The notes: generated by a model not told the origin, from the sequence alone. DNA of 28,475 bases from Pseudomonadota bacterium (GCA_021790295.1 JAJYIC010000002.1:1-28475); one strand, 5' to 3'; shown: positions 16,556 to 25,778, numbered from the stretch's first letter. Translations and numbers: made by a program.

Positions 16556-17197
16556 TCAGCGCGGCGCCCCGTAGCCTCCCTCGGCGGGCGGCGGCCCGCC
16601 ATAGCCTCCTCCGGAGGAGGACGATGCGCCGCCGCCATAGCCGGCGCCGCCGGGCGCTCCATAACGGCCACGCGCGGCCCGCCAGGCCCGCATTTCGTAA
16701 GGCTCTATGATGCCGTTGTGATCGGTGTCGATGCGATCAAACCGGCGCTCGGCGAACATCGCCGCCCGATCGGGGTCGCGGCCATGGTTGATCGCGCGCC
16801 TGCGGGCGCGGGTGATGAATTGCCGCCTCGTGATCCCGTGAACCCGACCGTAGGAAGGGGGGGGACCATAGGACGGCGGAGCGGAGGGAGCAGGCGGACC
16901 ATAGGAAGGCGGCGGTCCCGCGCCCTCGCCGTAACCGGGAGGAGAGCTCGGCGGATAGCCGCTTGCTCCCGGCGGCGGCCCGCTTTCCTCATAGCCCGTT
17001 GCAGGCGGAGGGCCGCCATAACCGCCGTCAGGAGGAGGCGGCCCGCCTTCGGCATATCCCGGGCCCGGTGGCGGGCCGGGAGGGTAAGGTTCGGCGGCGC
17101 AGGCGCCGAGGACGAGCCCGGCGGCGATGATCGCGGCTGCGCCAAGAGACAAAGACGGCAGCCTCTTTCCAAGAGTCAATCGGGGCGGCTCGATCAT
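16556..17197 (-). CDS. Pro/Gly/Tyr-rich lipoprotein with an EF-hand
   Basis: Hydrophobic signal ending LVLGAC (Cys33), canonical EF loop DTDHNGIIEPYE, AAAGGAG RBS. Confidence 0.8.
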   Translation of the reverse strand: MIEPPRLTLGKRLPSLSLGAAAIIAAGLVLGACAAEPYPPGPPPGPGYAEGGPPPPDGGYGGPPPATGYEESGPPPGASGYPPSSPPGYGEGAGPPPSYGPPAPSAPPSYGPPPSYGRVHGITRRQFITRARRRAINHGRDPDRAAMFAERRFDRIDTDHNGIIEPYEMRAWRAARGRYGAPGGAGYGGGASSSSGGGYGGPPPAEGGYGAPR

Positions 17198-17462
17198 TCC
17201 TGAAACACTCCTTTAGGGCGTCTTCGGTTGAGCGGTCCCCGCCCTTTTCGCGGCCGGCGGCGGGAAGGGCGAGCCGCGCAAAAGCGTTGCCGAGGCCGCA
17301 CCATCAGAACGCGCCTCGCCTCTTTTGATCCCGCCTTGTTGCACGATCTCTTCCCGCTTGTCGCTTGCCCTGCCGCAGCCCGCGCGGGCCCTTTATAGAT
17401 AGGCGGGAAAAAGCCGATCCCTCCCCGCGCCTTGCGCAAAAGCGCCTTTGCCGCAACGCCTC

Positions 17463-18335
17463 TCACCCTCCCGCGCTCCCTTTCCCGCCAAGCCCCAAAA
17501 GGCGGCGCGCGAGAGTGAGATGCGGTCTGTCGAGCATTCGTCCTTCGAGCGCGATCGTTCCCGACCCGGGGTTCTGGGCAAAGAGAGAGACCACCTTTTT
17601 CGCCCAAGCGATTTCCTCTTCGCTCGCGGTGAAGGCCTTGTTGATCACGCCGACCTGCGCCGGATGGATAGCGATCTTGGCGACAAAGCCTGCCCTGCGC
17701 GCCGCCTCGCATTCCGCCCGCAACCCTTTCTCGTCAGCGAAATCGGTGCTGACCGTGTCGATCGCCGCAACCCCGGCCGCCGCCGCAGCCAAAAGGCAAA
17801 GCGCGCGCGCCAAGCGATAAACGTCCTCGTAAACGCCGTCCTTTCGGCGATTGTTCCCGCCGACGACGGCCGCCAGATCCTCGGCCCCCCAGGTGAGGCC
17901 TTCGAGGCGGTCGGAAACTCCCTGGTAGCCGCCCAAGGAAAACATCGCCTGCGGCGTTTCGGTGGCGATCGCGATCACCTTGACGGCGCCGGCGGCAAGC
18001 CCGGAAGCGGCCTCGAGGGCAGAAAGCGCGTGATCGAGAGAAGAGAGATCGGCGGGAACGCATTTCGGCAAAAGGATCCCGTCCGGTCCCGCCGGGATGA
18101 CCGCAGCCAGATCTTCGAGCGCCCATTCGCTCGCGAGAGGATTGATGCGGACAAAACGGCGGAAGGAGGAACCGCGGCTTGCCGCGAGAAAGGCCCGCGC
18201 GGCGACCCTCGCCTGCGGCCGGTTTTCCGGCACGACCGAATCCTCGAGATCGAGAATGAGCGCGTCCGCACCCGTTTGCGGCGCGCGGGCGAGTTTTCTT
18301 TCGCTGTCGGCGGGGACGAACAGAAGCGAGCGCAT
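17463..18335 (-). CDS. CitE-family (HpcH/HpaI aldolase/citrate lyase) acyl-CoA lyase, Rv2498c-like
   Basis: [45 protein letters not shown]; TGATG coupling with the upstream gene. Confidence 0.92.
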   Translation of the reverse strand: MRSLLFVPADSERKLARAPQTGADALILDLEDSVVPENRPQARVAARAFLAASRGSSFRRFVRINPLASEWALEDLAAVIPAGPDGILLPKCVPADLSSLDHALSALEAASGLAAGAVKVIAIATETPQAMFSLGGYQGVSDRLEGLTWGAEDLAAVVGGNNRRKDGVYEDVYRLARALCLLAAAAAGVAAIDTVSTDFADEKGLRAECEAARRAGFVAKIAIHPAQVGVINKAFTASEEEIAWAKKVVSLFAQNPGSGTIALEGRMLDRPHLTLARRLLGLGGKGSAGG

Positions 18336-18793
18336 CAGGAGACCTTTGGCCGGCAAAGCATCAAAGCCGCGCGTTTGCAGACGGCCACGATCTCGCCCCT
18401 CTGGTTGAGCCCCTGATGCTCGAATTCGACGATGCCGGCGTCGGCGCGCGAGCGGCTGCGGCGCGTGCCTAGCACGATCGTGCGCGCTCTCAAGGTGTCG
18501 CCGTGGAAGACCGGTTTTGGAAAGCGGACCTCGGTCATGCCGAGGTTGGCGACGGTGGTGCCGAGAGTGGTGTCGCCGACGGAAAGGCCGACGACGAGGC
18601 CGAGAGTGAAGATGCTGTTGACGAGGCGCTCTTTGAACTCCGTCCCTTTGGCGAATTCGGCGTCGAGGTGAAGGGGCTGAGGGTTCATCGTCAGGGTGGT
18701 AAAGAGCACGTTGTCCATCTCGGTAACGGTGCGCGTGGTCTCGTGCTCGAATATTTCGCCTTCGGCGAATTCCTCGAAATAGCGTCCGCTCAT
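18335..18793 (-). CDS. MaoC family dehydratase, Rv2499c-like
   Basis: [56 protein letters not shown]. Confidence 0.92.
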   Translation of the reverse strand: MSGRYFEEFAEGEIFEHETTRTVTEMDNVLFTTLTMNPQPLHLDAEFAKGTEFKERLVNSIFTLGLVVGLSVGDTTLGTTVANLGMTEVRFPKPVFHGDTLRARTIVLGTRRSRSRADAGIVEFEHQGLNQRGEIVAVCKRAALMLCRPKVS

Positions 18794-20232
18794 CGCTTCT
18801 CCTCCTTTTGCGGCCCCCTTTCGCGGCGGAGGGGTGCGATCATCGCCTCGGGCCGCACCCAGCGATCGAAATCGGCGGCGCGAAGAAAGCCGGTCTGCAA
18901 AGCCGCCTGCCGCAGCGACAGCCCTTCGCGCTCCGCGAGAAGGGCAATCTGCGCCGCCTTTTCGTGGCCGATATGGGGGACAAGGGCGGTCGCGAGCATC
19001 AAGCCGCTTTCGAGATGCTCCCTGATCCGCTTCTCGTCGGGCTCGAGGCCTCGGGCGCAGCGCTCATCGAAAGAGCGACAGGCGTCGGCGAGAAGCTCGG
19101 CCGATTCGAGAACATTATGCAAGATCACCGGCTTATAGGCGTTCAATTGAAACTGGCCCTGCGAGCCGGCGAAGGCGACCGCATGATCGTTGCCGAAAAC
19201 CTGCACGCACACTTGTGTCAAGGCTTCGCATTGCGTGGGGTTGATCTTGCCGGGCATGATCGAGGAGCCGGGTTCGTTTTCCGGGATCTTGAGTTCGCCG
19301 ATCCCGGCGCGCGGGCCGCATGCGTAAAGGCGTATATCGCTCGCGATCTTGTAAAGGGCGCCCGCAAGGGTGCGCAGCGCGGCGCTCGCATTGACGAGAG
19401 CATCGTGAGCGGAAAGCGCGGCGAACTTGTTCAGCGCCGAGAGGAAAGGCCGGCCCGTCTCTGCCGCGATCATGGCCGCCGCGCTCTCGCCAAAACGCGG
19501 ATCGGCGTTGAGCCCGGTGCCGACCGCGGTGCCCCCGAGGGCCAGAGAAAGGAGCCGCTTTTCCGCACTTTCGATCAGGGCCATCCCCTCTTGGAGCTGG
19601 GCTTCCCAACCCGAGATCACCTGCCCCAATAAAATGGGTGTGGCGTCCTGAAGATGGGTTCGGCCGACCATGACGATCCCCGCATAGGCCGCCCTCTTTT
19701 CGCCGAGCGTGCGCGAAAGCCCGGCAAGCGCCGGGAGAAGGCGGCCGGAGAAAGCCTCGACCGTGGCGATATGCATGACCGTCGGGAAGACGTCGTTCGA
19801 GGATTGCCCGCAATTCACGTCGTCGTTCGGATGGATCGGCGACTTCCCTCCGAGAGCGCCGCCGGCGAGCGCGTTGGCCCGATTCGCGATGACCTCGTTC
19901 GCGTTCATGTTGGTTTGCGTTCCCGAGCCGGTCTGAAAGACGACGAGGGGAAATTCGGCGTCGAGCGCGCCCTCGATCACTTCCTGCGCCACCCTTTCGA
20001 TAAGCGCCGCCTTTTCCGCGGAAAGGACGCCCAGATCCCGGTTCGCTCGGGCCGCGCTTTTCTTGACGATCCCGAGCGCGCGTATGACCCCGCGCCCCCA
20101 GCGGAAACGATCTTTCCCGATCGGGAAGTTTTGCCGCGAGCGCTCCGTCTCGGCGCCCCAAAGCCGCTCGGCCGGCACCTTGACCTCGCCAAGGGCATCC
20201 CCTTCGATGCGGTATCGCGCCTTTCTAGCCAT
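18790..20232 (-). CDS. fumC: Class II fumarate hydratase
   Basis: [39 protein letters not shown], signature [15 protein letters not shown]. Confidence 0.96.
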   Translation of the reverse strand: MARKARYRIEGDALGEVKVPAERLWGAETERSRQNFPIGKDRFRWGRGVIRALGIVKKSAARANRDLGVLSAEKAALIERVAQEVIEGALDAEFPLVVFQTGSGTQTNMNANEVIANRANALAGGALGGKSPIHPNDDVNCGQSSNDVFPTVMHIATVEAFSGRLLPALAGLSRTLGEKRAAYAGIVMVGRTHLQDATPILLGQVISGWEAQLQEGMALIESAEKRLLSLALGGTAVGTGLNADPRFGESAAAMIAAETGRPFLSALNKFAALSAHDALVNASAALRTLAGALYKIASDIRLYACGPRAGIGELKIPENEPGSSIMPGKINPTQCEALTQVCVQVFGNDHAVAFAGSQGQFQLNAYKPVILHNVLESAELLADACRSFDERCARGLEPDEKRIREHLESGLMLATALVPHIGHEKAAQIALLAEREGLSLRQAALQTGFLRAADFDRWVRPEAMIAPLRRERGPQKEEKR

Positions 20233-20474
20233 CCCTTCGCTTCTCCCCCAAAGCTCGGGGTTGCGGTCCCGGCGAAAGCGCCTAGGCTAAGACTTTGCTT
20301 TCGAGGACCGCGAGGTGGGCGCACAGTGATAGCATCGCCGGGCAGAAAGGGCATGGCGAAAAAAGGCGATCGCACCGGGGCGCAAGCGCTCTTCCCCAAA
20401 GCGCGGCCGCGGGGACCCGGCGGCGGCGCCCGGGAAGGATAAAAAACCCTTTTGCCGGGGCAGAGAACGAGCCT

Positions 20475-21281
20475 GTGGATATCAATCGTCTGATCGTCGA
20501 GAACGGCGCCTATTTCTATCTGATCGCGTTCGCCTGGACCTTTCTCGAAGGCGAGACGATCGTCCTTGTTGCCGGCTTTGCCGCCGCGCAAGGCTTTCTC
20601 AATCCGGTCTTTCTTCTGTTTGCGAGCTGGCTCGGGAGCTTTAGCGGCGATCAGCTTTATTTCTGGATCGGCCGATTCTTCGGGTCGCGGGTGCTGAGGC
20701 TCTTTCCCCCTTGGCGGCGCGGGGTCGAAGCCGCGCTTTGCTGGCTTGAACGCTACGACGCAGGGTTCATCCTCTCCTTCCGTTTCATCTACGGGATCCG
20801 CAACGTCTCCTCTTTTGCCATGGGGTTGTCGCAGATCAACTGGCAGCGGTTCCTGTCGTTGAACTTCCTTGCGGCGGCATTGTGGGCCGCGGTGTTCGTC
20901 GGCTTCGGCTATTTTCTCGGCCACGCCTTTCGCGCGATGCTCGGCGACCTCGCCCGTTCGTTCAGCCTCGTCATGCTCGGCGTCTTTCTCCTTCTCGCGG
21001 TCGCGATCGGCCTTTGGCGCCGGTGGCGCAAAAGGCGCCGGGGCGGCTTTGCGGCGCTTCGGGGCGCTGCACCCGCCTTCGCCCCTTCCCTTCTTTCAAA
21101 GAATGACCTCGACGCCGCTGCCGATCTCGAGGCGAAGGAGGGCGTCGGCGCGCCCGCCATTGACGGCAATCTCTGCGAGACCGTTGGCGTTCTCGTACCA
21201 GAACGCGCTTCCCCGCCCGACGTCGGCAAAGGTTCGGGCGCGGGCGAATATCCCTCCGCCGGCCCCAAGCCGCGCCGTTGA
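20475..21281 (+). CDS. DedA family membrane protein (with a suspicious C-terminal run-on)
   Basis: FLEGET, GSFSGDQLYFWIGR, RFIYGIR, FLSLNFLAAALWA; GTG start at 20475 inferred. Confidence 0.85.
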   Translation: MDINRLIVENGAYFYLIAFAWTFLEGETIVLVAGFAAAQGFLNPVFLLFASWLGSFSGDQLYFWIGRFFGSRVLRLFPPWRRGVEAALCWLERYDAGFILSFRFIYGIRNVSSFAMGLSQINWQRFLSLNFLAAALWAAVFVGFGYFLGHAFRAMLGDLARSFSLVMLGVFLLLAVAIGLWRRWRKRRRGGFAALRGAAPAFAPSLLSKNDLDAAADLEAKEGVGAPAIDGNLCETVGVLVPERASPPDVGKGSGAGEYPSAGPKPRR

Positions 21282-21833
21282 CGGCAGGAAAGAAGCCCGC
21301 AGCCCCGTGATCGCATTGCCGAAGCGGTCGATATAGACGATCTGCGGCAGATCGTCCGGCCATTCCGGGCGGCGGCCGCTTTCGCGCGCGCGCAGAGCCC
21401 CTTGCGGGCGCTCGCCGAGAGCGAGCCGCGCCGCCGCCGGGGCAAACACGTCGCGCCCGTGAAAGCTCGCGGAAAGCATGCCGAAAGGCGGCTCTCTGGG
21501 CGCGATTTCCCAGCTTCGAGAGCGGCGGGCGCGCCGTCTCACCAGCTCGAAAAGCCCGTTTTCGGGACCGACAAAGGAACGCCCGTCGGCTTCGAGGATG
21601 ATCGCTTCGCGATCGCTTCCCACACCCGGATCGACGACCGCAAGAAAGACGGTTGCGGGCACAAACCAGGACGCATAAGCGGCGAGAAGGTAGGCCGCGG
21701 GCTTAGGACTTCTCGCAGGGGCGTCGGCAAAAAGATCGACGACCGGCACGGCCGGTGCGAGAGAGTGCAAAACCGCTTTGACCTGGCCCGTATACGGGCC
21801 TTCGAGACCGAAATCGGTGAAGAGCACGATCAT
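21096..21833 (-). CDS. DUF62 SAM hydrolase (SAM hydroxide adenosyltransferase) family protein
   Basis: MIVLFTDFG, AVVDPGVGSDR, GPENG, FHGRDVFAPAAA, YIDRFGN, EIAVN. The Asp-Arg-His triad typical of DUF62 hydrolases is present. Confidence 0.9.
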   Translation of the reverse strand: MIVLFTDFGLEGPYTGQVKAVLHSLAPAVPVVDLFADAPARSPKPAAYLLAAYASWFVPATVFLAVVDPGVGSDREAIILEADGRSFVGPENGLFELVRRRARRSRSWEIAPREPPFGMLSASFHGRDVFAPAAARLALGERPQGALRARESGRRPEWPDDLPQIVYIDRFGNAITGLRASFLPSTARLGAGGGIFARARTFADVGRGSAFWYENANGLAEIAVNGGRADALLRLEIGSGVEVIL

Positions 21834-21968
21834 GACGCCGACTATGGGAAGCCTCCCCTCTTCTCCGCAAGCCCGCACAAGGCAGAGGAGCGTCCGGGCG
21901 CGCCCTTGAAATCGGTTTGCGGGCGGCTATGATCGCGCCATCGGGCATGATGGTTTTCGGGGGACCAG

Positions 21969-22439
21969 ATGGGGAAAATCGCCCTTCTAATGACGCTCGG
22001 GACAGTAATGCTCGCGGCAACGACGCTCGGGGCCGTTTCGGCAGCGCAGGGCGTCTGCTTTACAAAAGCCGACAACGACGCCAAGGCGGCCATCCTCTTT
22101 CAGACAAAGCTGATGGTGGCGAGTTCGAGCTGTCACGATCTGACCTATGCCCGCTTTCGCCTGCGCAACCGGCTTCAGATCATCCGCTATCAGAACCAGA
22201 TGATCGCGCATTTCCGCCGCGGCGGGGCGCGCCTTCCCGCGCAACGATTCGAAAGCTGGATAACCGAGCTCGCCAACGAGGATGCGGGAAAGGTGGCCGG
22301 CCTGACGATCCCGCAAGTGTGCGAGAAGGCGGCAGGCCTTTTCACTCTCGCCAAAAGCCTCGACGCCAAAGGATATCGGCTCTACGCCGCCGCCGAAGCG
22401 AAAAAAGACCCCTCCGACGACCGGCGCTGCGGGCGCTGA
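21969..22439 (+). CDS. Exported hypothetical protein with four Cys
   Basis: N-terminal signal peptide ending AVSA/AQG, four Cys, normal composition. Confidence 0.75.
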   Translation: MGKIALLMTLGTVMLAATTLGAVSAAQGVCFTKADNDAKAAILFQTKLMVASSSCHDLTYARFRLRNRLQIIRYQNQMIAHFRRGGARLPAQRFESWITELANEDAGKVAGLTIPQVCEKAAGLFTLAKSLDAKGYRLYAAAEAKKDPSDDRRCGR

Positions 22440-22515
22440 AAGAACGCCTCAAAGCGCCGGCCGCTGAGCGGCCGGCGCGCGCCTCTCTGCGCTGAGGCGG
22501 AAAAGCCGCCCTCTC

Positions 22516-22827
22516 TTACCGGCAGAACGGCGAAGGCCCGAGATTGACGGCTCTGGGCGAGGTCGCCGCACCCAAAAGCCCGCCGCCGGCGGCGCCCGCC
22601 GCCGCGCCGAGCGCGGGAGCGCCGGCGATGGCGCCGATTGCCGCACCTCCTGCCGCACCGATCCCCGCACCGGTTACCGCGCGGCAACCGGGGGTGACGC
22701 CGCACCCCGCGAGCGTCAAGGCGCCGAGAAGGCCGGACACGGCGAAAAGAGGTCTGACACCTTTGCCGAGGACGCCCGCAAAGACGCCCTGGCGCAAGGA
22801 ATGGATCGCTGTCGTAAGAGGTCTCAT
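22516..22827 (-). CDS. Glycine-zipper lipoprotein
   Basis: Lipobox LAGC followed by GAGIGAAGGAAIGAIAG..GAAAGAAGGGLLGA; GGAG upstream of ATG 22827. Confidence 0.75.
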   Translation of the reverse strand: MRPLTTAIHSLRQGVFAGVLGKGVRPLFAVSGLLGALTLAGCGVTPGCRAVTGAGIGAAGGAAIGAIAGAPALGAAAGAAGGGLLGAATSPRAVNLGPSPFCR

Positions 22828-23224
22828 TCTGTTCGCTCCACAGGCCGCGACACCGCAGATTGTGGTGCCGGAAACTTTCTAAATGGAAAACAACCGAACG
22901 GCGCCGAGGGTTCCGCGCGGCACCAGGGGTTGCCGAGCCCTTTCCCTTTGCCGCGCGGGCCGAAGCCGAGCGCGAGGCGGCGCGGCTTCACTTTCGCGAG
23001 CGCGATTTGTGGATTTTTTCGCATCCTTGCGGCATCATCGCCCTGCCGAAAGCGGGCATGGTGCGGGATCGGTCGAGCGTAAGGCGTTCGCGCCTTTCCC
23101 GTTTTGCCCTCACCGCGGCAAGGGCGGGGAGGCGCCCTCTGTTTGCGGCAAAAGGAAAGGCCGCCACGCTGGCGCCATGATTGGCGTCCTCTTTCTGGCG
23201 GGCGGCGCGCGGAGGGTGTTGGAA

Positions 23225-24523
23225 ATGAGGTGGTTGGCAAGCGTGTTCCTGGCGGCGGGGCTTTTGTTCCCCGGCTTCGCGGCGGCCGCGCCCGCCTCCG
23301 CCAAAAGCCTCCCGGCGCCATCGACCGCCGCCTACAGCTCCGTCTATGACGACCTCAATCTGTTCAACCAGGCTTTCGACCGCATCCGCCGCGACGCGGT
23401 GCAGCAGATGGCGGGGGAGCCTTTGGTGCGGGCCGCGATCGCCGGCATGTTGGCTTCCCTCGATCCCCATGGGGCCTATTTCGACAAAAAGGCGCTCTCT
23501 CTCGGGCGCGGCGCCGAGGATACGGTCGGTCTCGCGGTGACGTTGCGGCAGGGGACGGTTCGGGTGATCGCGCCGCGCGAGGGCTCTCCGGCGGCCGCGG
23601 CGGGCATCAAGGCCGCAGACATCATCTTGACCATCGGCAAAAAGCCGGCCGGCGTGATGACCCTCGGCGATATCGAAAAGCGGCTCCAAGGCCCGCCCGG
23701 AAGCGTCCTCGAATTGCAGATCGAACGCGCCGGCATCGATCATCCTCTCAAAGTCAAGGTGACGCGCGCGCTCTTCAGCTTGCAGACGGTCAGCTCCCGG
23801 CTTTTGGGGGATATAGGTTACATACGCCTTGCCGGTTTCGACGCCGGCACGCCGGCGGCCGTGGCGGCGGCAATCTCGGATTTCAGGCAGAAGCGCGGGA
23901 AAAAGCTGATCGGGATCATCCTCGATTTGCGCAACAATCCGGGAGGGAATTTCGCCTCCGCGGTCAAGGTCGCCGATGAGTTTCTCGACAAAGGGGTGAT
24001 CGCCCTCATCGAGGGCCCGCAGCCGCCGTCAAAGCCGATCCGGGCAAAGGCGGGGGATCTTGCCTCGGCTCTGCCGATGGTCGTCCTCATCAACCGCGGT
24101 ACGGCCGACGAGGCCGAACTCCTCGCCGCCGCGCTCAAGGACAACCGGCGGGCGGTTCTGGTCGGCAGGCGCAGCTTTGGCGAAAGCGCGATCGAGGCGA
24201 TGATCCCGCTCGCCGACGGCGGCGCGATCCGTCTCGCCACCACACGCTTTCTCACTCCCGACGGCCGCAACATCGAAGGCAAGGGCATAAGTCCCGACAT
24301 CGCGGTAAAGCCGCTAAAGCTCGTCAAGATCAAGGAGGGCCTGCGCATCCGCGAGGCCGATCTGCCCGGTGCGCTCAAAAACCCCGACGGCAAGACGCTG
24401 CCGCCGGCGCCGGCAGCGGCCGGGCCCGGGGCCGCCTTCGCAAGCCACGGCGACGAACAGCTCGTCCGCGCCGCCGATATCCTGCGCGCTCTCGCCATTG
24501 CCAAAAGCCCGGACCCGGGGTGA
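23225..24523 (+). CDS. S41A/CtpA-like C-terminal protease homolog (PDZ + protease domain) lacking the catalytic Ser and Lys
   Basis: Signal peptide MRWLASVFLAAG, LDPHGAY, GSPAAAAGIKAAD, IGYIRL, LDLRNNPGG, RFLTPDGRNIEGKGISPDI; GGAGG RBS. Confidence 0.9.
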   Translation: MRWLASVFLAAGLLFPGFAAAAPASAKSLPAPSTAAYSSVYDDLNLFNQAFDRIRRDAVQQMAGEPLVRAAIAGMLASLDPHGAYFDKKALSLGRGAEDTVGLAVTLRQGTVRVIAPREGSPAAAAGIKAADIILTIGKKPAGVMTLGDIEKRLQGPPGSVLELQIERAGIDHPLKVKVTRALFSLQTVSSRLLGDIGYIRLAGFDAGTPAAVAAAISDFRQKRGKKLIGIILDLRNNPGGNFASAVKVADEFLDKGVIALIEGPQPPSKPIRAKAGDLASALPMVVLINRGTADEAELLAAALKDNRRAVLVGRRSFGESAIEAMIPLADGGAIRLATTRFLTPDGRNIEGKGISPDIAVKPLKLVKIKEGLRIREADLPGALKNPDGKTLPPAPAAAGPGAAFASHGDEQLVRAADILRALAIAKSPDPG

Positions 24524-24627
24524 GTCTGGTGAAAAAGCGGGGCGATGCGTTTGCGCCGCGGGAAAGCCGGCGGCGCCGGAGTTCTGCCAGCGGGCGCGGC
24601 CCCGCAAGCGGATAAGCAGAACTCGCG

Positions 24628-25425
24628 ATGGGCACGGTCATCCTCGAACGGCGCCAAGGGGTGTTGGAGATCATCCTCAACCGCCCCGATATCTTGAACG
24701 CCGCCAACCGCGAGCTGATCACCGAATTGGCCGAGGCCGCCGCCGAAGCGGAGAACGACCCTGGCGCGCGGGCGGTGCTTTTGCGCGGGGCCGGCTCGCA
24801 TTTCATGGCCGGCGGGGACATCCGCATGTTCGGGGAGCTGTGCGCGCTTTCGAGCGAGGCGCGGCGGGAGGCGCTTTACGAGATTGTCGACGGCCTCCAT
24901 CCGATCCTTCTCTCGTTGCGTCACATGGGAAAGCCGGTCGTCGCCGCGGTCCAGGGCGCCGCAGCCGGGGTCGGCCTCAGCCTCGTTCTCGCCGCAGACC
25001 TCGCGCTTGCCGCAGAAAACGCGATCTTTGCCTTCGGCTACATCCATCTCGGGACGAGCCCCGACGGGGCGGCGACGGCAACCTTGCCGAGGCTTGTCGG
25101 GTTGAAGAGGGCGACCGAACTGATGTTTCTCGGCGAGCGCTTCGATGCGCGCCAAGCGCTCGAATGGGGCCTCATCAACCGGGTTGTGCGAGAAGAGGCT
25201 CTTTTGCCCGAGGCGCGCGCTCTCGCCGGCCGTCTCGCCGCCGGGCCGACGGCGGCCTATGCGCGCACGAAAGCCCTGATCGAGGCTTCGAGCCGGCAGG
25301 CGCTCGCTACGCAGCTAAAGCGCGAAGCGGAAAGTTTTGCCGCCTGTGCCGCGAGCGAGGATTTTGTCGAAGGGGTGCGCGCCTTTCTCGAAAAGCGCCC
25401 GCCTTCTTTTAACGGGCGGGGCTGA
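24628..25425 (+). CDS. Enoyl-CoA hydratase/isomerase (crotonase), PaaG-like
   Basis: LNRPDILNA, FMAGGDI, KPVVAAVQGAAAGVG, GTSPDG, DFVEGVRAFLEKRPP. Confidence 0.92.
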   Translation: MGTVILERRQGVLEIILNRPDILNAANRELITELAEAAAEAENDPGARAVLLRGAGSHFMAGGDIRMFGELCALSSEARREALYEIVDGLHPILLSLRHMGKPVVAAVQGAAAGVGLSLVLAADLALAAENAIFAFGYIHLGTSPDGAATATLPRLVGLKRATELMFLGERFDARQALEWGLINRVVREEALLPEARALAGRLAAGPTAAYARTKALIEASSRQALATQLKREAESFAACAASEDFVEGVRAFLEKRPPSFNGRG

Positions 25426-25457
25426 GCGAGCGTTTCCTTGAGGCGGGGGACCGCGCG

Positions 25458-25778
25458 ATGACGAGCCGAGCTTGGCGTTTGTGGCCGCTGCTGCCGGCGG
25501 TCCTCTCGGCGGCCGCGCTCAGCGGTTGCTATTTCAATCCTTATACGGGATACGTCTATCCTTGCGACGCGTATTACGGCTGTTTCTCGACGCCTTATTA
25601 TTCCTACCCGCCTTATTATTTTTACCCGCCGGGCCCGTGGGGTTTTGCGCCCGGCGCTTTCGGCCGGAGCGCAGGGCGTTTGCCGCCGCGATCGGCGCCG
25701 CCCTCGACAGCGGGTGCGGTCGCTGCGAAGAGGCTTCCCCCGGCCCCTCCCTCGACTTCCCGGCCTTCGACCCGCTAG
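25458..25778 (+). CDS. Small Tyr-rich lipoprotein
   Basis: Lipobox LSGC, Tyr/Pro-rich mature N-terminus, GGGGGA upstream. Confidence 0.65.
   Translation: MTSRAWRLWPLLPAVLSAAALSGCYFNPYTGYVYPCDAYYGCFSTPYYSYPPYYFYPPGPWGFAPGAFGRSAGRLPPRSAPPSTAGAVAAKRLPPAPPSTSRPSTR

Noticed and set aside
17240-17271. 12-bp inverted repeat between the CitE-like gene and the lipoprotein gene
   Set aside because: It has two mismatches on the transcribed (minus) strand and no U-tract, so it is not supportable as a terminator.
23818-25155. 445-aa minus-strand ORF
   Set aside because: Shadow of the CtpA-like and crotonase genes.
24628-25425. Calling the crotonase paaG of phenylacetate catabolism
   Set aside because: The single-Asp motif is PaaG-like, but no other paa genes are in the window.
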